This document shows positions 52,417 through 64,000 of a stretch of DNA of 64,000 nucleotides, piece by piece. Both the position numbers and the translations under genes were made by a program. A model generated the notes under the pieces. It was not told where the DNA came from. It did not search any database and was given only the letters and a program-made list of their open reading frames with translations. Origin of the DNA: Ophelia neglecta. Lineage: Eukaryota. The stretch covers positions 17,918,001-17,982,000 of the forward strand of contig OZ260662.1 of assembly GCA_965285935.1 (NCBI GenBank), in the 5' to 3' direction. Numbering within the stretch: position 1 is the stretch's first letter; every line of letters begins with the position of its first letter.

Positions 52417-53540
52417 CTGAAATAAAAAAAAAATGCTATCGATTAATGTGGGCAAGCGTTTTCTCTATCTTAACAGTTATCAAAACATATCCATATTACA
52501 AAGCCTGGGCTTTGCATACATACTGCCGAATAAAAATAGAAACATAGAGCTATATAGACAGTTTGGAAGTAAATCCACACACCCTAATCGAGGAAGGCCT
52601 GATAAAAGGCGGCGTATAGACGTGACCGTTATCGCTTTTTGGAGCCTAAGTTGGTCTTTAATATTCTGATCACCTTAATGTAATGAGGTTTTCTGTTAGC
52701 CAGACCCATTCAGTATCACGCGTCTAATCCTCGACATTACCGTGGTGTATTCTGGGGACCGGAATAGGGGCCTTGAGCCCACTGATGTATCGAGGATACC
52801 ACCAGCTATGTGGCAAAAAACCACATAGAGATCGATAAATGCTATTTAGCCAGGCTCATTCGATCAACTGGGGGTGTCTCCTACAATCTCCATCTAAGAC
52901 ACAGTAAATGATTACTTAAATGTACAGTTTCAATCGATTTGGGCACCAGGCGGCAGTGAAATTCACCGCGCCGCGCGTTTCGTTCTGCTTCACTCTCTAG
53001 AAGAATAGCAACGATGTTGTAGTTTTTCATGTAAGATTTCCGGTAAATTCATTTTAAATTCGGTTCAGCATTCGCCGTTGTCCCATGCGAGAAATTACAT
53101 GATGAATCACATCAAAAACTCAGATGGAAGGGTTTAGAGCTACCATTTACTAGAACCAGGGCTCCTTAAACCACCAATCAAAACGATGTTTTTTGAACAT
53201 TTCTATAGAGGCATAGGAAAAAAAACTTGCCTAGGGCTTATTTCATCAGATGTCGTCTGGCACATTAATTCACCTCGTATCAAAAATTAGGCGACCTTTT
53301 GCAATAAATAGGCCAAGTTCGGTTATATCGCCCATCTGTTATAACGCGCAGAATTTTACCCTATTGAAATAGCGCTTTTTTACATGAAAATATAATTTAA
53401 TCTCTGCGCTGCTTTACAGGGTACTCGATATTACCTAACGATATCCTGTGAATTATGCAAAACTCAATTCTGTGCGGAACAAATGACCAGCTTAACTACC
53501 AGAGTAGTCTCTATACTAGCAGAATGAAGCTATATAAAGT

Positions 53541-53803
53541 TAGGGAAAGCTGGGTAACTTCGGGCACGCTTTTATTCCGGGCAGCAAGTAGCCTCAGTCC
53601 GCGTATTTTGTGCTACTTCCTGCGCGGAATTAAACTCATGCTTACCTATACACTGTGCGCGGAATAAACCTATACCTTCGTGAAATAAGCCAACTCCTCG
53701 AATTAGCCAACTTTCTGTGGGGGATTTAGGGATGCGTAATATTACCCGACATTCATCGAAGCTTTTGAAATAGAAAGTTGCACGAAATTATCCGATTCTA
53801 CCC
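53541..53803. mobile_element. MITE-like element
   Basis: Imperfect terminal inverted repeats TAGGGAAAGCTGGGTAACTTCG / CGAAATTATCCGATTCTACCC; internal TTATTCCG / GCGGAATAA inverted motifs. Confidence 0.65.
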
Positions 53804-54118
53804 ATATTAATACGTTATTGGTAGATAAATAAATAAATAAAATTGCGAGTCTATGAAGGCTTACTCGGATTTTATTGAGAACCAGACCAAAGGCAAAAGC
53901 GATTGCCACTAATGGCGGGCAAGTCCTTATTGCATGCCCAATTGTTTATATAAATAAGCCACCAAACAGGTCAAAAATAACAAATGAAGTGTCTTGGGTC
54001 GACTATGTTGTCCTAGAAGGTCGGAGACAATCCTAATATATAGCCGCAATGCATGCCATAAAAGTTAATGTATATTGATTCAGGGGGCATATGCCTACAC
54101 GCGCCAGTTACGGTCTAA

Positions 54119-54180
54119 GCAATATGAACCCTTAGTATAGTACGTCTCAGCAATATGTACCCTTAGTATAGTACGACTCA
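54119..54180. repeat. 31-bp tandem duplication
   Basis: GCAATATGwACCCTTAGTATAGTACGwCTCA x2. Confidence 0.85.
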
Positions 54181-54213
54181 ACTACATGTATAAAAGAAGT
54201 AAATATGAATAAG

Positions 54214-54442
54214 TAGGGTAACTACGGATATGAGAGGTAATTTCGAGCATTCATTAATTCCGCCCAGTGTTTTAATTCCGCGCTGTAAATAGCCTTATTT
54301 CGCGTACGTTGTGCTTGGCTACGTGCTGCACTTCTACTTGCAGACAATTCTTGCCGCTGCGCGGAATAAACCGATATACTCACGGAATTAGCCGACTTAG
54401 GCGCGGAATTAAATTATACGCGAAATTACCCAAATTTACCCT
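54214..54442. mobile_element. MITE-like element, same family as 53541
   Basis: TAGGGTAA..GGTAATTTCG..GCGCGGAATAA..CGAAATTACCCAAATTTACCCT. Confidence 0.65.
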
Positions 54443-57023
54443 CCGCGTGTTTCATTAAGTAGCGTAAAAACCCGCTTTTTGGCGCACTAGTTTTTTAAGG
54501 TGTGTGCTTGGGTACTGCGCCATAAGGTTGTGAAAAAAAGTAGTTTGCGATTAGAGTTGATATTTTAAAAAGAAATTAAACTTAATATAGTTTACAATGA
54601 AAGATACACTTGCATTCCTTGCGCTTTTCCCTAATCAATTTCTCTCACAAAGGGCGTGGAGTGTAGACATCATAATAAAGTGTAGTGTTAGACTGCAGAT
54701 AGCACCCATATGGTCTTTGCATTCTTGTGTTTATCTTCATGCGTATCAAGAAACATCAGTTTTCAGTAAAAAAGTCAAAACATTGAGAAAAAAAGACTTT
54801 AAAAAAATGAACTATGCCAAAGGGGAGGGATTATCTACACCTGGTACCATGTGTCTTTAACACTCAACTTGAGTGACAGCACAACGCCTAAGCGTAAAAA
54901 TGAGTGCTCATTATTAGCATGCGGGGAAGAGGGGCGGGGGTGGTACATTTTGAACCGTCACCGCCAAAATGTTTTTACCCCCCTATAAGCGCGGTCAAAC
55001 TTTAACCCCCCCCCCCCTCCCCTGGCGGTCTAAACTGTAACGACCCCCTCCCCCTTCCCTGCCGCCCCATATAAAGCGCAGACTTAATCAAGCGACTAAA
55101 AATATCGCGCAACATAATTTCAATGTTGCTAAATACAAACATAACACTTCAAAGAAGGCGAATTATAAGGCGTATAGTAAAGCGCATTATAGAAAATGTA
55201 CATGGCAGGCTGCTCAATGAAAGCAAAAGTGCCAACCACGAAATATAGAAAAAGTGTTCCACGACATTAAGAAAGCGCTCTACGCTATAAAAAGAGCGCT
55301 CCACTATACAAGAAGCGCGCAGTCTTTCACAAAGCTATAATATACCATTTTTAGTGATAGAAAAGTGAAATGAACAGTAAAGAATAAAGCAAGGGGCTGA
55401 GATTTGTTTATGAATAAGTCCACACGAGACACGTGAGAAATGACCCTCTACAATGATGTCTCCTTGGCCTCTGGAGACCCCCCACCCCCCCGTGGAGCAC
55501 CGAGCTACTGACGGATTTCTCCTAAGCCTCCATCCCCCCTCTAAGGAGCACCGATCCCCCAGAACGATTTCTTCTGATAATCTAGATTTCATCCCCTCCC
55601 TCTCGGGAACCATCTTCCTGGGATATTTCTTGTAAGCCCGCCATGTTCAACGGCCGCCTTTTTCGAAGATTCTGGACTCATTATTCAAAGAAACAATCAG
55701 ACGAGACGGAACAACAGACTTATCGCTTCTTTTAATCAAAAGTGATTGGAAAACACATTTTTCTCTGGTATGTCATGCCTAGGCCCAATAGCAAGCTATC
55801 TTTCGACTACTTGATTGTGTTTTTAGACTAAATCTTGATAAATCTCGCGTGTATCTGGGAGATCTCGCGTTATTTGACAGATCGAAGACAGCATTGACGC
55901 AGACCAATGATTAGTTGATTCAAGACCCAGTTCGCCTGCCACAGTGATGTTTAGTATCACACGTGCCATGAATAATGATCACTCCCTCTACCGGGAAATG
56001 TTCAAGTCCAACAATGTTTTAGAATGAGCTTGTATTTTGCATCGCGACAATGTGGTTTGGCGTGAAACAGGGGCACTTTTTCCTTCCTTTGGCAATATAT
56101 CCACCTGCTGCATGGTTTCCAACTGGTTTATATATTCGAACTCAGTAATTCGCGTCCTAATTGTCTCCTTTTTTCTGATGTCTAATGATTCACTTTAAAC
56201 AATTGTTTTTCCTTCAAGATTGTGAACGTTATGTCCCATCACGATCTGAGAGATGTCCCTTAACATGGAAATTAATTAAGTTCCGGGTAAAATGTCCTGC
56301 GGTACTTTGCAAAACGAAAACACTGAACCGCTCTATTGGCGACGGGCAGCGCCCAGAAAGCCCAGAGCAATCTTTGGGCCGCCAAAGTCTGTTTGATCCC
56401 AAGTTTCTTTAAATGAATTTCTGTTCTGCATGGTGGATATCGGTTTTGTCATTCTCCCCCGACGAATATTTAATGTCATTGACTACAGACAGACAGCTTA
56501 AAAATCAAAGGGCAAATTCAATCCGACTACACTGACTTTGAAGCTAGTGGGTCTGCATGGTCTAAAACTTATACGTTTGAAAACCATTAATGGGTGCCTC
56601 GCAAATCAAATTAAGCATTAAGAGTATATGAAAGGAGACGATTTTACGGTACTACCTGACAATGGACAATCTTTAGCCCTCTGCAGGCTACTGGTCGAAT
56701 TGCTAACTAACTGGCAGTGGTTCCAAACAAATCGTTTCGGGTTGGCGCTGGCACAGCCTAGCCCATAAATCTTGACAATGGTCTATTTTATGAGGTTTCG
56801 CACATTAGTGGATATTGCAAAAGTGACAGATTTACAATTGCCACATTTTGAGAGAGGGAGACAGCGACAGTTAGCAGTGGCTCATCTCCACATGAGACGG
56901 CCTTTAAGCGTTATTGTGTCCGATACAGATTTTTCAAGGGAGAGGGAAAGAGGGGGGGGGGGGGGGGGTTGGCGCGGGGTGGGGGGGGGGGGGTGGATCA
57001 GCGCTCACTAAGAGGATTAGGAT

Positions 57024-57305
57024 AACATGGGGAGTTTGACAGCGAGTTATTTCTTATAGATGGTAGGAAAAACATAGGGAGTAATGACAGCGAGTTATTT
57101 CTTATAGATGGTAGGAATACATAGGGAGTAATGACAGCGAGTTATTTCTTATAGATGGAAGAACTACACAGGGACTAATGACAGACAGTTTTATCTTATA
57201 GATTGTAGCACTATATAGGGAGAAAAGACAGATAGATATTTCCTAAAGATGGAATGTACAGGGGGTAATGATTTTTTCCATTAAACGGCAGGACTACATA
57301 GGGAT
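57024..57305. repeat. ~47-bp minisatellite, ~6 progressively degenerate units
   Basis: Unit ACATAGGGAGTAATGACAGCGAGTTATTTCTTATAGATGGTAGGAA. Confidence 0.85.
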
Positions 57306-57417
57306 ATCGCATTCAAGACCACACACCATCAGGACCTTTTTTTCGTATGTAGCCAATAAAAGCTCCAGTAATTGGCAGCTCTGAAATGCATTGTAACCTG
57401 TTTAGTCAGGCCAGTCA

Positions 57418-59608
57418 ATGTTATTTCGAAACCAGCATAAGCCTTTACCAGCATTCCATAGTACGCTAAATGTCATGGTGAATGGTAACCCTATTGAGCA
57501 AGTATCAAAATTTAAATTCCTGGGTATCTGGTTCGATGAACACCTTAACTGGAAACCAAACACTGACGCAAAATGCAAACAAATAGCCAAAATAAATGGG
57601 GTCATGAATAGCATTAAACGAAAATTACCTTGTAAAATTCTCAAGCTTATCTATTATGCCCTTGTCCAGTCACAACTTACTTATGGTTTACTTGTGTGGA
57701 ACAATGATTGTTATAAAATGAACCTGGACAGACTTTTCCTAGTACAAAAACGTTCTATGCGCATTATCACCAAATCTCACTATCTAGCTCATACGGACCC
57801 AATTTTTAAATCATTGGGTATCCTCAAGCTGCATGATTTGTATATTGTTCGAGGTTTTAAACTTTACACTCGAATAATGATTAAAAAATGTCCTGTGTAT
57901 TTAGTAAGCTGCCTATTGTCAAACCCTGTATCCCATACTCATAATACTCGATATCGAAATGTAATACAGTTGGATCATATGCGAACAAATGTTATTAAAC
58001 AAGGTATATCTAACAAATTGAATAGCATAATTATATACATTCGACAAACGCTACACATTGATATTAATAAGCCTGTGAATATTAAGACCGCAATGTTGAA
58101 TCTTTATAATGACGCTTGCCTGGTCAGAAATTGTTATGTCTGTAATTATAATGTATATAATATATAACTATTTAGCCGTCCCTTTTTGTAGAACTGAACA
58201 ATATAAGAATTCCTTTCATAGCAAAACTATTTCTGATTGGAACCAACTGCCGCTCGACACTCGTAGGTGCCACGACAAACAACCGTTCAATTTGTCTGTA
58301 CGACCGACTGCTGGCCGTCCTTCCAAATACTATAACACGGGGTCTCGCATTGCCCAAATATTTTTAGCTCAATGCAGGCTGTCTTGTAGCTGCCTCAATT
58401 ATAACTTATTCAACAATCACTGCATTGAGTCGCCCATTTGTGAATTCGGGATTGAAAATAAGACCTCCTATCACTACTTATTTGTTTGCAACCGTTTTTC
58501 TTCGATTCGTGGCCCATTAATAGATTTGTGTAATGCTCAAAATATTCCACTGGATGACCGCATAGAACAAGTTATTAACTGTGGGGATCGGCACATGTCC
58601 GCTGATTTCATCATTAAGTCGAAAAGGTTCTCATCCTAGATACACCTGCCGTTTATATTACCACTAGCTTACTAGCTTATTAACTTGTCCCTGATGTGCA
58701 CAAGGTATTTCTCGAAATCTGCATTATGTTGTTATGTTCCTACATATATCTTTTTCATTAATTGTACAGTTGAGGCTGGCGAGCATGACGTCCTTTTGTG
58801 TAGGTCGGTTTGTCGTGCTTCCTTTTCCTCAACTGTTTTATCACTTTATATATACATGCGTGCTTGATGTACATCCACTTCATGTCGCCCTTCATCCCAT
58901 CACCTCACCTCATCCATTGCATGCTGTTTAACCTAATGTTCTGTATGTGTATATGTTGGAAACTACCGATTCTAAGCCATAGGCTTTTGTAAGATCCAAC
59001 ATAGAAAAATAATAAATAGGTTTAAGCCAATTATAATGTATAACTCGGTTCCTCTGAAATGTAATCACTCTTAACGATGGCATTGTAAGCTTGAAGTTTT
59101 TTCTTTTGTTTTTTTCTTAAATCGTTTTTCTTTTTGTTCTTACTTAATCTTAGCACTGTATTTCTATTAACTTGTGCTTATTTAACTCATTAGGTCTACT
59201 ATTCCGTAGCATCTACTATTAATATATATGGAGAATATGGTTTGCTTTGTCACAATATTGAGATTTACACTATATGTTTACCATGTACATTGTGTCCGCC
59301 CTGTTGCGGTGGGGACGGTGTCCGCTGCGGCTACATGGTTGCGGCGGACGTGGCCTTCTGCCGTGGTGGGGCGGCTAGCCTACGTATTTATACTTTGATC
59401 GCTGGACCTTTGATTGACACTCTACCTTGCTCATTTAATTTAGTTTAATGCATACGTCTCCTGGGCGTCCAGTGCCTACAGCTATGCCATTACTGGCGTC
59501 CATGTTTTCCCCAGATCTGTTAATCGCATTATTGCCTATATATACTATATGTAACTTGTGACTGGTGTGAAACCAAATAAAATAACTTCAATCAATCAAT
59601 CAATCAAT
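57418..59608 (+). mobile_element. 5'-truncated L2/Crack-like LINE (post-RT region plus 3' UTR), interrupted by a second LINE
   Basis: KFKFLGIWFDEHLNW, YYALVQSQLTYGLLVW, QKRSMRII, HTDPIFKSLGILKL, terminal CLVRNCYVC; the 3' UTR resumes at 59043 and ends in (TCAA)n at ~59590-59608. Confidence 0.85.
58158..59028 (+). mobile_element. 5'-truncated CR1-group LINE nested at the stop codon of the previous LINE
   Basis: RTEQYKNSF..WNQLP, CRLSCSCLN, SPICEFG..HYLFVC; flanked by the 14-bp TSD AATTATAATGTATA (58144-58157 and 59029-59042). Confidence 0.8.
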
Positions 59609-62089
59609 GTTCTGGATAAAGTGGTCACATTGTGAAGGTGACCTTAATAGGGGATGAGGCTATTATTTAGCGACCTTAGGTAGTGGACAGGCAGGTGACC
59701 TGACAGTTCACGCGACCACAAACACAGGTTTGACAGTATAGGATCTTAGAACAAGCGTGAAACCCACGGAGATACTTCACCTACCCAAATATTGCGGATT
59801 TGGAATTCAAAGTCTGGCCTTTCAGTATTGAGTAAATCGATCCATTTTGAGTTTGTGGCCGTATCGAAAGTTGTAGCACGGGAAGCCATTAGATGGAAAA
59901 TCAATTGATCGATTGGCTCAGATTGTTTAACTGTATGGAAGTCGCATGTTTCAATGCGGTTAAGATCAACATTTACGCATCAATAGTTATTACCAGGTGG
60001 AGCGTTGTGACTGATTTCATTTTCACGCATGATTGGTCTCTTAAAATAGGACGACCTGAATTTGGGCAAGGTCATTTCTGACGCTGGGTGACCTTAGTTC
60101 ATCCCGCCTGAAGTGATTGGTCTGACGTTGTTGAAGCGTTCCGGTGGTCTTGGCAGGATGTAAGTTCAGTAGGTCAGCTGAAGTGGGTGTTCAAGCGATG
60201 TTAAATAGCCCCATTGGGACGTTGCTAGGGCCTTGATGCACTCTGCAAATTGTAACAAGGAAGTTTAAATGGCACAGCTAGCGGCTATAGTCCACTTGGG
60301 CTTCCGTGGTGCAGCCTCCCCCCTCCCCCCCCCCCAATCTACAAAAAAAAAGAAGAAAAAAAAACACCTACACTTTGGGAAGTGATCCCACCTCACCCTA
60401 ACCCCAGCTCCACCTGCCGGTCACGCTATTTGGCGCTATTTGAGAAGAAAAAGGGACGCATGGCACCCGTTTGTCGTCTGCATATATGTGTGAATGCATT
60501 GGTTCAGCAAATAAAATACCCAGTAAACTGCTGATTGTTTTTATTCAATGGCGATGCACCGTATCCTCAGGCTTCCAGAACAGTTATCGTGTGGAATTTA
60601 TTAATAATAAAGTGATGACGCTGATAGTGTTCCAGCTTTTTATTAGGCATATCTTTTTGACAGGGCGAGTTGACTTATTGCTGTAAGAGGTTATATTCTT
60701 AAAACACTTTGGATTTGCGAGACTTATTTCCTACAGATGAAAGTAATAACCTCTATTTCGAGCGTGTAGACCACGTGGACGGGAGACGATCACACTCGAT
60801 TGATTACATATCACAGATAGCTATAACAAGAGGCGGTCAGATCAGTCCTCAGCTGTTCAAAGAAGACTCCAACCTGGCCTCCAAATAAACTCAAGCAAGA
60901 CATTTTCACATGCAGGAAAATCAGGCGATTCAGTAATGTAAGAGGGTGAAGGCTGGGAAAGTAGTGCTACGCCGGAAATCGCATAAAGGAAATTTCCAGC
61001 CCACCAAAATGTCCTGTTGTACAGTAGTATGCACACATTGCTCACACTGAATCAGATAAAACCTCCGCCCAAGGAGCCGTGACGCTGATAATGGGTCAAG
61101 GTCACCCATATCTATGTGACGGCTGTCAGTTCTGAGATGTCAAAATTCATCAATCAATACGGTACAAGCACAGACAAACAGAGCCGATTCACCGAACCTA
61201 ACACCACCAACCCCCCAACCCCACACACACCCCTTTCTACTACCAACACATGTGCTTATATAGATAAATCAGATTAAACCCAAGATGGATTTATACTACC
61301 CTGGTCATAATGGCGGTAAGATCGACATAGCGAGTGCTCTATTTGCGGTCTGTGGGCATGGTAGATTGTGGTACATGATAAAGAGATAAACCTAGGCCTA
61401 GTAACCGACTACACGTGCATAAAAAACAAATGTAAGGACAAGGAAATATGTTAATTAATAAATCGTAAGAAACGATAAAAAAGAAGCGGTACGAGTTAAA
61501 ATACTTTACAGAAATATATGACTAAAAACAACGAGACATAAATTAGGTTTTAAATTCACCAAAACATGTAGTTTCGTAGTCAATAAAATTGCTCCTCACC
61601 ATGGGCACTTCATACAAAAGGTTATTGAGTTCACATTTTGTGATATTGCAGCTTCGCACTCGCTACTCATTGTTGTTCGAACATTGAATATATGTTATCG
61701 ATTAACAATCAAAAATGGTGGACTCAAGACAATATTATTTCCATACCTCTATTGCCGGCTGTTTTTTGCGGAGTTCGGCAAGACACGAAATATTTGCCCT
61801 ATTGTAGATATTTTTCGGAACTTAAGACTGTCTATTAATACTGAAATTACGCTTGGAGATTGCAACTAAGTATCATTTTTTCTGGTCATTGGTCGACGTA
61901 TCAGCACAAGCAGACAAGAGTGCGCAATATCCGTCAACCACATTGGCAGATATGTTACCCGTGTTTGTTAAGGTTAAGCCGACGTCAAAATGGACGCCTC
62001 GGAGATCAACTCCAGAGCACTGTTTTTAAGCTGAATATCATTGAAACCAAGCGATGAAGCATAAGGGGTCTGCCTTCTTATCTAGACAT

Positions 62090-62306
62090 ATTGATAATTC
62101 GCCGGGCTTGCTTTCATAGAGTTTGATTTGAACCAGTCAATTGCCACATTTGCTTTCTGCTCCCGAGTGTGGGCTACCATGTCCTGGCTATCCTCAACAA
62201 CTGTGATGGCATTGTCATCAGCATAATTTGAGAGTCTAGAAGCTTCCATGGGGAGAAGTAGGTCATTCCTGAAGGAATTGAAAAGGTCTGGCCTGACTGA
62301 GCTATT
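62090..62306 (-). mobile_element. LINE reverse transcriptase fragment (not in the ORF track)
   Basis: Manual translation PDLFNSFRNDLL..SNYADDNAIT..IDWFKSNSMKASP: YADD motif in CR1/L2-type context. Confidence 0.8.
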
Positions 62307-63477
62307 CTACAAACTGCCCCTATCCCCCATGCTGCAGGGCAAAATATAAACCTAAGTGTAACATAAATAGGCTCTGATTGGATGGTAATCAGTGTATGTT
62401 TAACATTTGTAGGTCCTGTAGAGCGAAATGGATCAGCTCAATTCTAATGAATAAAACATTTATTTAACTATGTGTCCAAGGGAATTGATTCATTAGCTTC
62501 TATTAATTAACTCTATGAGGGCTTGTCCGGGGTCTATGGGTGCAAGAGTACAATAAGGTCAGGAAGCGTAGAAACACTGATTCCCCCGAAATAAGCCGAC
62601 CAGTCGTTTTCTTGGGTGAAGGTCGCCACCTTGCGGAGAAAAGAGCAGGTCAGCGCATAACGAAATACAGAAATACATGCATACTCTATAGGTGGCACGA
62701 TTTGTGGACAAACTCTTAATTCTAAATGTAGGTTTAAGTCCAGAGTCTCAACCTGGTCACAGATGGGAAATGTACTTAAAGCTATTGGCTCAAGCACAGA
62801 TTGGTGACCTTTGAATTGATTTATGGCCTTCGAATATGTGAATTGAAAGTTAATTTACTGATTGGATTGAGAAAACCATTGTAACTCTTATGTGTAGACT
62901 GCGATAGGTATTTGAGGTGCCACCTCAGTTAGTAAAACGCTTATCTCCCATTCATCATTTCTCTCACAGCATCCTGTCTTTTTTCTGATTGATCAGTGGT
63001 TTGTACTCAGTGGCTTGTACGGAATGTTTACTTTACGATAAGACCGCGGAATGATACAAAGCATATACCGATTTGTCACGTGACAATTTAAGCAGCCAAT
63101 CACAACATATAGAACGCGTGGGGTCCACAATTTACTTAAAGCATTGCCGACAAGGGGTTTGGCCTGGGGCCTGTAGCCCGATAAAAAGGAAGCTATATGA
63201 CAGTTCCCATCTTGATAAGTCTCCCCCCCCCCCCTTTCCATTGATTCTGGTAAAAATTCAACACCTTTTTGTTCGGGAAAACGCTAATTTACCTTTCTTA
63301 GAAAACAGTTTTTTTCCAAAAAAAAAACATGGACGTTTTCAACAGTAGCTCTTTTAAGGTGAAGAAAGGAAATGCTTAGTAATTCCGTTTGACAGAGTTA
63401 TTCGACCAGAGAAAATACACATTAACTGCTCAGGAAGTGCAGGCCCTGGGGTTGTATGCTCCCATGAAAAAAAATGG

Positions 63478-63555
63478 TGGCTAACTTCGCGCATCGTTTA
63501 TTCCCGTGAAGCAGGCTTATTCCGCGCACGGTAAATAATGGGCGAATTTACCCTA
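63478..63555. mobile_element. Short, internally deleted copy of the MITE family
   Basis: CTAACTTCGCGCA..TTATTCCGCGCA..GAATTTACCCTA. Confidence 0.55.
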
Positions 63556-64000
63556 CTTTAATCAATAGGTAAAGGTGATACTCCGAAGAGATCGACCCCC
63601 CCCCCCCCCATGTGGGAGGGAAGATCAACCACACACACACTTCCGTTGTTTACTGAAGTTCTTTGTGGGCACAAAGATGAACGGTCCCCTATTCTGGCCC
63701 ACTGCTACCCTGCAATCCCAGAGGTGTCCTCTTTAAGTTCACTCTGAGTGCATGCTGTGACCTGGTTCGACCACCATATTATACTGAAACCCAATCAGAT
63801 CCACTGAAGGCTAAGATAACGACTATCTTGATTAATGACGGGTCCCGTAGAAGGAGCACACCCCGCTGGTTCCAGTACGTAGCCCAATTGACCGGCCACT
63901 GGAGCAAATAATGTGTCATGCATATATTCATTTGAGGAGACAATACATTTTGAAGCCCCTCGAACACGAGAGAAGTTAATCGAGGAACTGGAGGGGGAGG

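Noticed and set aside
57024-57305. CRISPR-like array
   Set aside because: Units are contiguous with no unique spacers, there are no cas genes, and the context is eukaryotic.

Overview
Animal (probably marine invertebrate) genomic DNA: AT-rich, with spliceosomal introns and many repeats. Main contents: (1) A compact, apparently intact 9-exon + strand gene (2965-6811, 674 aa) in which a C-type lectin-like domain (CTLD) is fused in front of a nicotinic-acetylcholine-receptor-like Cys-loop channel. It keeps the vicinal CC and a cation-type M2 but has lost all five aromatic-box residues of the acetylcholine site. This is the strongest candidate for a novel system here. (2) A decaying tRNA-Leu array (10.1-26.4 kb) with one intact Leu-TAG gene and seven pseudogenes or fragments, six of the eight copies in head-to-head pairs. 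(3) A full-length Academ (XPG-type) DNA transposon (14200-20851, TTA target-site duplication (TSD)) inserted 3 nt from a tRNA 3' end. (4) A full-length but frameshifted BEL/Pao LTR retrotransposon (32190-41290, minus, TAAAG TSD) with an HhH-like gag N-terminus, TG..TA ends, a possible self-priming primer-binding site (PBS) and a nested LINE fragment. (5) The last exon of a second, conventional-looking nAChR gene (minus, 51833-52416) and weak remnants of a possible third between the two. (6) Nested LINE fragments, MITEs and a minisatellite at 53-64 kb. All calls were made by eye; no database search was run.
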